A stretch of DNA of 64,000 nt from Candidatus Omnitrophota bacterium (GTDB lineage Bacteria; Omnitrophota; Gorgyraeia; 2-01-FULL-45-10), in contig JBAZNZ010000001.1 of assembly GCA_041648975.1 (NCBI GenBank), forward strand, positions 40,961 through 104,960, read 5' to 3'. The notes beneath the pieces are model-generated. The model saw nothing but the letters and a program-made list of their open reading frames with translations, had not been told where the DNA came from and made no database searches. Position numbers and translations under genes: made by a program. Below, in pieces: positions 16,833 to 25,359 of the stretch. The stretch's first letter is position 1. Every line of letters starts with the position of its first letter.

Positions 16833-17612
16833 ATGAAGAAAACGCTTAAAGGTGATATATATTATTTTGTGGATGAATCGGGCGATCCCTGTTTCTATGA
16901 TAAGAACGGCAATTATATCGTAGGACAAGAAGGGTGTTCAAAAATGCTTATGCTTGGCTTTATCCAAACGGATGAACCTAAGCATATAAGAAAGGCTCTT
17001 GACGAGGTGCGGGAGAAAATTAAGAATGATCAGTATTTAAAAGAGATCCCATCCATTGAAAAATCATTGAAACATTTCCACGCTACCGATGACTGTCCAG
17101 AGGTGAGGCAGGCAGTATATAATTGTTTGAGCACGCTTAATTTTAAGGCCCAATTCGTGGTTGCACGTAAAATCGAAGGTGTTTTTAAGAAGCACGACTG
17201 CGATGAGAATAAGTTCTACGATTCGCTCATAGAGCATTTATTCAAAAACGTTCTTCACAGAGCGGAGACGAACCACATCTATTTTTCAAAGCGCGGATCC
17301 AGCACCAGGCAAGAGCCGCTGGAAAAGGCGATTGACCGCGCCAAGAATCAGTTTGAGAAGAAGTTTTTTATTAAAGTACGCTCTAACGTTGATATTCAGT
17401 CTCAGGTTCCTACAGGGGAGCCGTGTTTACAGGTAATCGATTACATGAACTGGGCCATACAGAGAGTATTTGTAAAGGGTGAGATGAGGTACTTTAATTT
17501 TGTGAAGGATAAGGTGAGTTTTGTCTGGGATATTTATGATACGGGCAAATACCCTAAGAACTTTTATAGCAAGGCGAATGAACTTGATAGCAAAAAAACA
17601 AGCCTTCTATAG
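16833..17612 (+). CDS. DUF3800 family protein (259 aa)
   Basis: N-terminal DIYYFVDESGD motif typical of DUF3800. Confidence 0.6.
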   Translation: MKKTLKGDIYYFVDESGDPCFYDKNGNYIVGQEGCSKMLMLGFIQTDEPKHIRKALDEVREKIKNDQYLKEIPSIEKSLKHFHATDDCPEVRQAVYNCLSTLNFKAQFVVARKIEGVFKKHDCDENKFYDSLIEHLFKNVLHRAETNHIYFSKRGSSTRQEPLEKAIDRAKNQFEKKFFIKVRSNVDIQSQVPTGEPCLQVIDYMNWAIQRVFVKGEMRYFNFVKDKVSFVWDIYDTGKYPKNFYSKANELDSKKTSLL

Positions 17613-17736
17613 CTAGGTGGTTTCCCACACACGGCATGACGCCGGCTTTCGCTATTAGAAGACTCGAGTATTAGTATACCCTAAAATAAACGCAAGTCAA
17701 GGGCTCTCATAAAAAATAAAATAATTAAAAAAGTAC

Positions 17737-17765
17737 TTGACAGATGCCCAAGCATATGCTATTAT
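17737..17765 (+). promoter_or_regulatory. sigma70 promoter (TTGACA-17-TATTAT) for a leaderless cI-like repressor gene, overlapping operator O1
   Basis: TTGACA 17737-17742, TATTAT 17760-17765, ATG at 17773 with no RBS. ATGCCCAAGCAT dyad at 17744-17755. Confidence 0.55.
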
Positions 17766-17772
17766 TTAAACG

Positions 17773-17952
17773 ATGACAGATCAGGAGATCGTAGGGAAGA
17801 TAGAGACATACCTGTCAAAGAATAATCTCCGGCAGTACGAGCTAGCAAAGCAGATAGGCGTTCCAGAATCAACGATTAATAGATGGCTGAAGAGAAAGAC
17901 TAAGATTTCGAACGCCTATAGAGCTGTGTTAAAGACAAAAGGGATTATATGA
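17773..17952 (+). CDS. small HTH (Cro/C1-type) transcriptional regulator, 59 aa
   Basis: NNLRQYELAKQIGVPESTINRWLKRKTKIS is an XRE-family HTH. Not in the ORF track (<60 aa). Stop TGA at 17950-17952. Confidence 0.6.
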   Translation: MTDQEIVGKIETYLSKNNLRQYELAKQIGVPESTINRWLKRKTKISNAYRAVLKTKGII

Positions 17953-17976
17953 TTTTTTTTGGATTCAAAATTAGCA

Positions 17977-18036
17977 TATGCCCAAGCATAAGACAATATT
18001 TTTTTGTCTAAAAAATGAGCATGTGCCAAAGCACAT
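17977..18036 (+). promoter_or_regulatory. operators O2 (TATGCCCAAGCATA, 17977-17990) and O3 (ATGTGCCAAAGCACAT, 18021-18036) upstream of xis
   Basis: Dyad-symmetric motifs related to O1, positioned between the repressor gene and the excisionase RBS (GGAGGTGGGAG, ATG 18054). Confidence 0.5.
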
Positions 18037-18053
18037 AACCATGGAGGTGGGAG

Positions 18054-18239
18054 ATGACGCTTGTAACGGCAAAAGAGGTGTCGGAGAAGTATAGCATTCC
18101 CCCGGGAACGGTCTATTACTATGTCTCAAGGAACGAGATCCCGCACTATCAAATAAGGGGCAGAAGAAAATTTAACCCTGTTGAAATAGAAAATTGGATC
18201 AACCAGGGGAGATCGAGTGTCAATTCTAAAGTTTGGTAG
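18054..18239 (+). CDS. excisionase/Xis-family DNA-binding protein (HTH_17-like), 61 aa
   Basis: YSIPPGTVYYYVSRNEIPHYQIRGRRKF is an excisionase-type HTH, directly upstream of and overlapping the integrase. Confidence 0.65.
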   Translation: MTLVTAKEVSEKYSIPPGTVYYYVSRNEIPHYQIRGRRKFNPVEIENWINQGRSSVNSKVW

Positions 18240-19287
18240 GATATACAGTCGGAACGACAGCCCGTTCTTATGGATCTGGTACTATGATGCCAACGGGAAA
18301 AGGCACAGAGAGAGCACCGAGACAAATAATAAGAAGCTGGCAGAGGAGATACTTCATAGCAGGATTATCGAATTTCAAAGCCTGCAAAACGGCAATAAGA
18401 CAGTCAGCGATATGCCGTATGCACATTTCTCAGCGGAATTTCTAAAGCACTATAAAGCGCGGTATCCCTATGAGACATTTAAATCTCACAGCAGCGCGGT
18501 CAATGAGTTCACCAAATTCTTAAACTTTGCCGGTATAAGCCGATTATCCGAGATCACGACGGCGGTAATAGATAAATATATTACATACCTGAGAGAATCA
18601 AAGGGGAATAGGGCCAATACCTGCAATAACCACCTGAAGAATATCAAAACCCAGTTCAATTTTGCGATCAGTCATAATTTAATGAGAGAGAATCCGGCCA
18701 AGAGTTGCCGGAAGGTCGAAGTAAACGACGCTAAGAAGAAGAGCGCCCTTTCGCCAGATGAATATAAGAGTTTTATGGCGATCGCGGAAAAGGAACACCC
18801 ACACTACTATCCGATATACTACACCTTTATCCATACCGGCCTTAGGTTTACGGAGCTGATCAAATTAAAGTGGCAGGATATCGACTTTGAGAATAAAGTG
18901 CTATGGATCATGAAGCCCAAGTGCAAGAAGAAGCCGGATTTTGTCAGTATGCACGATAGTCTTATAAGGACTCTGGAGGATTTAAAGAAAGAGAGCGACA
19001 GCGAATATGTCTTTACCGATGAAAAAGGCGAGCCGTTTGGATTTAGGACCCGGAAGATCATACGACGGCTGAAAAACATACTAAAAACGGCCAATATTGC
19101 CAGCATAAGCACCGTTCACGAGCTCAGGCATACACATTGCAGCTACCTTTTCAATATAGGGCTCAATACGCGAGAAGTCATGGAGCAGATGAGGCATACA
19201 GAGATGAGGACCACGGAAGGGTATGCGCATATATTTAGGCCGGAAGCCAATAGGAAAATAAAGAAATTGGAGAGGTTGGATCGATGA
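18217..19287 (+). CDS. tyrosine-type site-specific integrase (phage integrase family)
   Basis: Catalytic region TGLRFTELIKLKWQDI...ELRHTHCSYLF...TTEGYAHI (R...HxxR...Y), with an N-terminal SAM-like core-binding domain. Adjacent to attR. Confidence 0.85.
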   Translation: MSILKFGRIYSRNDSPFLWIWYYDANGKRHRESTETNNKKLAEEILHSRIIEFQSLQNGNKTVSDMPYAHFSAEFLKHYKARYPYETFKSHSSAVNEFTKFLNFAGISRLSEITTAVIDKYITYLRESKGNRANTCNNHLKNIKTQFNFAISHNLMRENPAKSCRKVEVNDAKKKSALSPDEYKSFMAIAEKEHPHYYPIYYTFIHTGLRFTELIKLKWQDIDFENKVLWIMKPKCKKKPDFVSMHDSLIRTLEDLKKESDSEYVFTDEKGEPFGFRTRKIIRRLKNILKTANIASISTVHELRHTHCSYLFNIGLNTREVMEQMRHTEMRTTEGYAHIFRPEANRKIKKLERLDR

Positions 19288-19320
19288 ATAGAGATTGCTT
19301 CGCTTCGCTCGCAATAACGA

Positions 19321-19344
19321 TAGGGCACACTAAAGTGTGCCCTA
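19321..19344 (+). promoter_or_regulatory. perfect 10-bp-arm palindrome TAGGGCACAC-TAAA-GTGTGCCCTA just after the int stop
   Basis: Seen directly. No T tract follows, so it may be a terminator-like hairpin or a protein site. Confidence 0.35.
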
Positions 19345-19363
19345 CAATACGATGGGATGGGAT

Positions 19364-19387
19364 TTTGTCACGAAATTGTCACGCTGC
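19364..19387 (+). repeat. right arm-type repeat (TTTTGTCACGaaatTGTCACGCTGC)
   Basis: Matches the left-end 24-mer at 9259-9282. Confidence 0.5.
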
Positions 19388-19404
19388 GAAAAATTCACAC
19401 CAAT

Positions 19405-19809
19405 TTACCGACGGAGAGACCACTTCACGTCACACACCCCCGTCGTCCCCGCCAATTGGTAAAGGGAGCGCTCGATAGATAATGTCGGAAGGTACCTTCC
19501 GACGAAAAATTTATCCGCCGCCATATAAAAGTAGTAACTGGTTAAATACCAGCCCTTTAGCCGTAACAAGTTGATAACACGACTGGTTACGGCTATTTTA
19601 TTTGTCTTGCGTGTTTTGAGAATTAGTAAGTTGACAGACGTCCTATTTAGCACGCTTGAAAGCATAGCTACATCATGTTCAGTGAATGCAAACGGTAATA
19701 TGTAAGAATGTTTCCTTGTTTTGAACTGGTGCCAAATTGGCACCAGTTCCTTCCATTCCTCATCGGTAAGTTGAAACATAAATTCTTTAGGAGATCTCAC
19801 GGGACACAT
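19405..19809 (-). pseudogene. N-terminally truncated ORF6N-domain protein whose 3' end runs into attR
   Basis: FMFQLTDEEWKELV...LPFAFTEHDVAMLSSVLN matches the conserved ORF6N core, but the about 40-aa N-terminal part typical of the family is absent. The last about 10 codons lie in attR/island DNA. Confidence 0.35.
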
Positions 19810-19891
19810 TATTTAATTCAGTTGAATTAGGTATTGTGTCCCCCAAATTTAAGTGGGATGGCCCCACTAGTCAGGTCTGCACAAGCAGGAG

Positions 19892-21052
19892 TTACTTCGG
19901 GTCAAATATTTTTAATAGTTCTTCCGCGCAGTATATCTTCCCGCGTTCTTTATCCGTAGTTTCAGTTAGTATATTCATCGACTCTAACTTCTCTACGGCA
20001 GCCTTGGCCGTATGGAACGAGGTCTTAAGCGCCTCAGCGGTTCTTGGTATGCTTATGTATGGATTTTTTGATATAAGGTCGAGCAATTTAAACACATACA
20101 TGGAAGGTCTTTTTTGCTCAACCCGTTTCCTGTAATTATCCAACAAGGCGAGTATGGCCCTTGAATTTTCGACAGCATTCTTCGACTCATCCGCTATCGC
20201 TTTTAAGAAGAATTTAATCCATCCTGGCCAGTCTCCTCTCTGGCTTACGCCAAGAAGCCTCTCGTAATACTGGCTACGATTCCTATCGAAATAAGCGCTT
20301 AAGCACAACAAAGGATATTTCAAATATTCTCTTTCGCACAAAAAAATCATGGTTAATAACCTGCCCATCCTTCCGTTGCCATCGAGAAATGGATGTATCG
20401 CTTCAAATTGATAATGCGTTACCGCGCACTGCACCAGTCCGTCGAGGGCGTCTCTATTGTGAATAAACTTTTCAAGATCGCTTAACGCATCTTTCATTGC
20501 TTCAACGGGAGGCGGTACATAGGTTGCATCATTAAGAGTGCAGCCTCCGGGACCGATCCAATTTTGACTTTTGCGGAATTCTCCCGGTGTCAAATGCTGA
20601 CCTCTTACACCTTTCATGAGAATAGAGTGTATTTCTTTAATAAGGCGCAGCGATATTGGCAATGTACCGAGTCTTTTAATCCCATAATCGACGGCCTTGA
20701 CATAATTGACGACTTCCAGCACATCTGTCCTGCCGGCCTCTTTTTTCTGCTCGGCCTTACGGGCTGCTTCAAAATAGAATAATTCCGAAAGAGATGTCTG
20801 GGTACCTTCTATCCTGGAACTTAGGACAGCCTCTTTCCTAACGTATGGAATAATCAAAAGCGCCGGATTGGGCAGCTGCATTCCTACACCGTTCAGATTT
20901 CCCAGATTCCGGCTTGCCTCAGACAACAATTGTACAAAACTTTCATCATAAGTAATTTTTGGAGGCAACGGATTGGGAATAAAAGCAAAGTATCCTTTTT
21001 GAGTATTGATTACTTTACCAGCCGAGCTATCCCTGAAGGCATCGTTATCCAT
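19892..21052 (-). CDS. Fic/DOC family protein (386 aa) with Fic_N-like N-terminus
   Basis: HPFLDGNGRMGRLL Fic motif. Second Fic gene, lying outside the island. Confidence 0.8.
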   Translation of the reverse strand: MDNDAFRDSSAGKVINTQKGYFAFIPNPLPPKITYDESFVQLLSEASRNLGNLNGVGMQLPNPALLIIPYVRKEAVLSSRIEGTQTSLSELFYFEAARKAEQKKEAGRTDVLEVVNYVKAVDYGIKRLGTLPISLRLIKEIHSILMKGVRGQHLTPGEFRKSQNWIGPGGCTLNDATYVPPPVEAMKDALSDLEKFIHNRDALDGLVQCAVTHYQFEAIHPFLDGNGRMGRLLTMIFLCEREYLKYPLLCLSAYFDRNRSQYYERLLGVSQRGDWPGWIKFFLKAIADESKNAVENSRAILALLDNYRKRVEQKRPSMYVFKLLDLISKNPYISIPRTAEALKTSFHTAKAAVEKLESMNILTETTDKERGKIYCAEELLKIFDPK

Positions 21053-21219
21053 ATAAATTCCCCTTTCGTGCTATTGAAGTTGACTTCAATTGTACAAATC
21101 GTAATTGAAGAAGTCAAGCATTTTCTTCAATTAGAGCTACGCAGACCTTTAGCTACCCCGGGCCTACTTAATACTAATAATGCACTTGACTACATTAAAA
21201 CTCGTGCTATACTTGTATC

Positions 21220-22506
21220 ATGGATAAAAGATTAGTTACTCGGGAAATATTCAAGGATGTATCCGCGCACCTTAAAGAGCGTGAAGTGACGGTTGTTACC
21301 GGCGCGCGTCAGACAGGCAAGACCACGCTTCTTTTACAACTAAAAGAATGGCTCATTAATAGCTGCGGTATAAAAGAGACCCAAATATTATTTTTTAATC
21401 TGGATCTTATAAATGATTTCACAAACCTTCAGAGTCAGGGAGATTTTATTAAATATCTTCGGGAAGAGATAGCCCAGCACAAATTCCTTTATGTATTTAT
21501 AGACGAGGTCCAGCGATTAACCGATCCGGGAAGATTTCTTAAAGGTATTTACGATATAAAACTCCCCGTTAAGATAATCGTCAGTGGATCATCATCGCTT
21601 GAGATAAGATCCAGGGTGTCCGAATCTTTGACCGGACGAAAGCGCATTTTCCATCTCTGGCCTTTTTCGTTCTCAGAATATATAAGCCATTACGCGCCTA
21701 CTCTTACAAATCCTCTTAATAGAGATGATATGTCAGGTGTGAATAAAAGGAAGATAATAGAGCATATGCATGATTTCCTGGTCTTTGGAGGATATCCGCG
21801 GCTTGTATCGGCTAAGAATAATGAAGATCGCATGGCTATCCTGAATGAAATATACTCAAGCTATATAGAAAAGGACATTGTCGGCTTCATGAAGGTGAAG
21901 AGTCCGATAGCGTTTTCAAAAATGGTCGCGCTGCTTGGCGATCAAATAGGAGGCCTTGTAAACCTTCACGAAATAAGCGCAACTCTTGGCCTCAATTTCA
22001 GAACCGCCGAAAATTATCTTTTCGCGCTTGAGAATACATTTGTAATAAACTTGGCCCGTCCATATTTTACCAATGCGCGAAAAGAATTGACCAAGATGCC
22101 CAAGGTATATTTTGCCGATCCGGGGCTGCGCAATCTTGCCGTGAAATATTTTGCGCCATTTTCTGAAAACAGGGACAAAGGAAAGCTTCTGGAGAATTTT
22201 GTAGCCGCATCTCTAGTAAGGCAACCCCAGACGGCAGTCAATTACTGGCGCACAAAGGACAAGGCCGAAGTAGATTTTATCCTCAAGGATTACCATGGCC
22301 ATATTACACCAATCGAGGTAAAGGCAGCTGAGCTTAACTCTCCGGACATTACCAAAGGCCTAAGGGCGTTTATTGATAAGTATAAACCATCAAAAGCGAT
22401 CGTTGTAAACCTGTCTTTAGAAAAGAATGTAAAATTGAGCTATACCCGGGTAAATTTTATTCTCCCTTATAGTTTAGAGCATCTCCTCCAATCAAGCTCG
22501 AAATAG
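21220..22506 (+). CDS. AAA+ ATPase (COG1373-type, AAA_14 plus DUF4143)
   Basis: Walker A VTGARQTGKTTLL, Walker B VFIDEVQ, 428 aa. Confidence 0.7.
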   Translation: MDKRLVTREIFKDVSAHLKEREVTVVTGARQTGKTTLLLQLKEWLINSCGIKETQILFFNLDLINDFTNLQSQGDFIKYLREEIAQHKFLYVFIDEVQRLTDPGRFLKGIYDIKLPVKIIVSGSSSLEIRSRVSESLTGRKRIFHLWPFSFSEYISHYAPTLTNPLNRDDMSGVNKRKIIEHMHDFLVFGGYPRLVSAKNNEDRMAILNEIYSSYIEKDIVGFMKVKSPIAFSKMVALLGDQIGGLVNLHEISATLGLNFRTAENYLFALENTFVINLARPYFTNARKELTKMPKVYFADPGLRNLAVKYFAPFSENRDKGKLLENFVAASLVRQPQTAVNYWRTKDKAEVDFILKDYHGHITPIEVKAAELNSPDITKGLRAFIDKYKPSKAIVVNLSLEKNVKLSYTRVNFILPYSLEHLLQSSSK

Positions 22507-22569
22507 ACCGCATCGATATTATCACAAAATAATGAAGGTACTCGGCAGGCCGGACTTTACCCGCCTATA

Positions 22570-22660
22570 TTGACTACACCAAGGTTTATAGACGTCCTAT
22601 TTAGGTACACCCTGCAGAGCAGGGTGTCACAAAGTAGGACGTCCGCAGAGTTATAAACCC
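22570..22660 (+). promoter_or_regulatory. large nested inverted-repeat structure upstream of arsR
   Basis: GGTTTATA...TTATAAACC outer arms, GACGTCCTA/TAGGACGTC middle arms, CACCCTGC-AGA-GCAGGGTG inner perfect palindrome. The 15-mer AGACGTCCTATTTAG also occurs at 19634-19648. Confidence 0.4.
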
Positions 22661-22687
22661 CGCGCGCAGACGGCGCAAAAATAATGC

Positions 22688-22716
22688 TTGACAATATTAG
22701 AATATTGCAATATACT
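22688..22716 (+). promoter_or_regulatory. sigma70 promoter TTGACA-17-TATACT driving a leaderless arsR transcript
   Basis: TTGACA 22688-22693, TATACT 22711-22716, first ATG 2 nt downstream and second ATG at 22724. Confidence 0.5.
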
Positions 22717-22723
22717 TATGCCT

Positions 22724-23029
22724 ATGCGAAGAAGAAACGGCAACGCGGAAATAGCGGACATGGCTTTCGCGCTTAAGAGCATCGCCCACCGGGATCGCCT
22801 GAAGATATTGATGCTCCTGGCCTGCAGGAAAGAGCTCTCCGTCTCAGAACTGCAAAAAGGGGTGGGGCTCACTCAGTCGATGACAAGCCAGCACCTCTTG
22901 GCCATGAAGGCGCGGGGAGTGCTCTTGTCCGAGAAGCGGGATAACAGGGTATTCTATTCGATACGGAATAAAAATGTCCTGAAGGTCATGGCGTGCATGA
23001 AGAAGTGCGCCGGGAAAGAGGGGATATGA
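22724..23029 (+). CDS. ArsR/SmtB family transcriptional regulator
   Basis: HTH region DRLKILMLLACRKELSVSELQKGVGLTQSMTSQHLLAMKARG. Start set at ATG 22724 (leaderless). The ORF-track frame begins at TTG 22688. Confidence 0.75.
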   Translation: MRRRNGNAEIADMAFALKSIAHRDRLKILMLLACRKELSVSELQKGVGLTQSMTSQHLLAMKARGVLLSEKRDNRVFYSIRNKNVLKVMACMKKCAGKEGI

Positions 23030-25359
23030 GAGGGATCATCGGTTTTTCAATGCGGCGGCCGAAACTCGTCATAGCGGCCACAGCGGTTTTGACATTGCTG
23101 GCCGCGGCGCAGTTCCTTAAGGTCAAGATCGACACGGATCCCGAGAACATGCTTCCGGAGAAGGAGTTCGTCCGCGTATTTCATAAAGAGATAAAGAAAG
23201 AATTCGTCCTCTACGACCATGTCGTGCTCGGCATAGTGAATGAACAGGACAGCCGCGGCGTCTTTAATCCGCGGACATTGGATAAGATATACCGTATTTC
23301 AGAGTACGCGAAGAGCCTGGACGGCGTTATAGCCTATGAGCTCATCAGCCCGACCACTAAGGATGATATCGAGCAAGCGGGGCCCGGGACCGTCAGTTTC
23401 AAATGGCTTATGAAAGAACCGCCGTATAAGGAAGAAGACGCCGCTAAGATAGGAGCCAGGGCCATGGAGAACCCGCTCTTCTATAATACGGTCGTATCGC
23501 AAGACGGGAAAGCGCTCTGCATTTACGTCCCGATAAAGTCAAAAGATCTCAGTTATGCCGTATCGAAGAAGATACGCTCCTTCGTTTCGGGCTTTAAAGG
23601 CGGCGAAAAATATTACATGACCGGGCTGCCGCTCGCCGAGGACGCTTTTGGCCGGGAGATGTTCGTCCAGATGGCCGTCTCGGCCCCCGCGGCGATGCTT
23701 ATCATATTTCTTCTGCTGCTCCTCTTCTTCAGGAATATACAGCTTGTAATCGCGCCCATGATACTGGCCGGCGTTGTGGTCGTCATGACGATGGGGCTCC
23801 TGGTAGGGATGGGGTTTCCCATACACATCATGAGCTCGATGATACCGATATTTCTCATGCCTATAGCGGTCCTTGATTCGGTCCACATTTTGAGCGAATT
23901 CTCCGATAAGTTCAAGAAATATAACGACAAGGCAAAGACCATCGCCGCCGTAATGAACGGGCTCTTCAGCGCGATGCTCTTTACGTCGCTGACGACGGTA
24001 GCGGGGTTCTTCTCGTTGTCCTTCGCCCCGATACCGCCAATACAGGTCTTCGGCATATTTGTCGCGATCGGAGTCGCTATCGCCTGGATCCTGACGATGA
24101 CGTTCATCCCCGCGTTCATAACGTTGCTCGATCCGTCGCGGTTTAAAGGGTACGGAGAGACGGAGAAACAGATGGAGGGCGGCATTACCAATAAGATACT
24201 ATCGCTGTTTGAAGATACGGCGGTGAAGCGCTGGAAGGCCGTTCTCGCGGTCACGGGGGCCGTGATCGCCGTCTCGATATGGGGGATAACCCGGATAGAA
24301 ATTAACGACAACCCCGTCAAATGGTTTACCGCTAAACATCCGATACGCCTTGCCGATACCGTCCTCAACCGGCATTTCGGCGGCACCTATACCGCGTATC
24401 TTATCCTCGAGGCGCGCGATAAGTCCGGCGAGGTCTTTAAGGAACCGCGGATGCTTGAGTACATAGAAAAGCTGCAGCAATACCTTTACCGGAAAGGCGA
24501 CGTCGGCAAGTCGACGTCTCTGGCCGATGTGACAAAGAAGGTCTATTACGAGCTCCTCGGAGGGGACAAGAGCCGGGCGTCGATACCTCCGACCAAAGAG
24601 GCGGTAGCGCAGTGCCTGATATCGTACGAGAACTCACATAAGCCCGACGATCTCTGGCATTTTGTGACCCCCGATTACGGGAAACTGAACCTGTGGCTGC
24701 AGCTAAGATCCGGTGATAACAGGGATATGACGCGCGTCGTCAGGCAGGTCGAGGAGTTTTTTAGGAGCAACCCGCCGCCGTACCCGCTTCAGTATAACTG
24801 GTCGGGCCTTACCTATATAAATATGATATGGCAGGACCGCATGGTAGTCGGCATGCTCTTCAACTTCATCGGGAGTTTTGTCATAGTGCTCTTCATGATG
24901 ATAGTGCTCTTTAAATCTCCGGTCAAGGGCCTGATATCGATGGTCCCTATGACCGTGACGGTCCTCTTCATCTACGCCACGCTTGGCTTTACGGGCAGGA
25001 ATTACGACATGCCTGTAGCGGTGCTCTCCGCGCTTACGCTCGGTCTTTCGATCGACTTCGCTATCCATTTTCTGCAGCATTCCGTAGAATATTACGAAAA
25101 GAATCCGGATTGGCTCGCGGTCTCCCGTAAGATGTCCGGCGGCCCGGGCAGGGCCCTCATGCGCAACGCCCTGGTTATCGCCATCGGGTTTTTACCCCTC
25201 TTGTTATCGCCGCTCGTACCCTATAATACGGTGGGCATATTCATGTTCCTGATCATGCTTGCATCGAGCGTCGCGACGATGATAATACTGCCGGCCATAA
25301 TAACAGCGATGCCGGCGCTGATGCTTGGAAAACCGAAAAAACGAGGAGAACGGTCATGA
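23026..25359 (+). CDS. RND superfamily MMPL-type exporter (12 TM, two large periplasmic loops)
   Basis: 788-aa ORF with duplicated 6-TM bundles and two large soluble loops. Start ATG 23026 overlaps the arsR stop. Confidence 0.7.
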   Translation: MRGIIGFSMRRPKLVIAATAVLTLLAAAQFLKVKIDTDPENMLPEKEFVRVFHKEIKKEFVLYDHVVLGIVNEQDSRGVFNPRTLDKIYRISEYAKSLDGVIAYELISPTTKDDIEQAGPGTVSFKWLMKEPPYKEEDAAKIGARAMENPLFYNTVVSQDGKALCIYVPIKSKDLSYAVSKKIRSFVSGFKGGEKYYMTGLPLAEDAFGREMFVQMAVSAPAAMLIIFLLLLLFFRNIQLVIAPMILAGVVVVMTMGLLVGMGFPIHIMSSMIPIFLMPIAVLDSVHILSEFSDKFKKYNDKAKTIAAVMNGLFSAMLFTSLTTVAGFFSLSFAPIPPIQVFGIFVAIGVAIAWILTMTFIPAFITLLDPSRFKGYGETEKQMEGGITNKILSLFEDTAVKRWKAVLAVTGAVIAVSIWGITRIEINDNPVKWFTAKHPIRLADTVLNRHFGGTYTAYLILEARDKSGEVFKEPRMLEYIEKLQQYLYRKGDVGKSTSLADVTKKVYYELLGGDKSRASIPPTKEAVAQCLISYENSHKPDDLWHFVTPDYGKLNLWLQLRSGDNRDMTRVVRQVEEFFRSNPPPYPLQYNWSGLTYINMIWQDRMVVGMLFNFIGSFVIVLFMMIVLFKSPVKGLISMVPMTVTVLFIYATLGFTGRNYDMPVAVLSALTLGLSIDFAIHFLQHSVEYYEKNPDWLAVSRKMSGGPGRALMRNALVIAIGFLPLLLSPLVPYNTVGIFMFLIMLASSVATMIILPAIITAMPALMLGKPKKRGERS

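Larger units (their letters stand above)
9111..19454 (+). mobile_element. about 10.3-kb integrative genomic island inserted in the 3' end of tRNA-Asp (attL 9111-9129, attR 19436-19454)
   Basis: Perfect 19-bp direct repeat ACCCCCGTCGTCCCCGCCA at both ends. Tyrosine integrase and excisionase sit at the right end reading toward attR. TTTTGTCACG-N4-TGTCACGCTGC arm-type repeats lie near both ends (9259-9282, 19364-19387). All island genes are on the + strand. Confidence 0.8.

Noticed and set aside
22993-23025. MMPL start at ATG 22993 (inside arsR)
   Set aside because: An in-frame ATG at 23026 with a purine-rich RBS gives the usual 4-nt stop/start overlap. The extra 11 N-terminal residues are Arg/Glu-rich and untypical.
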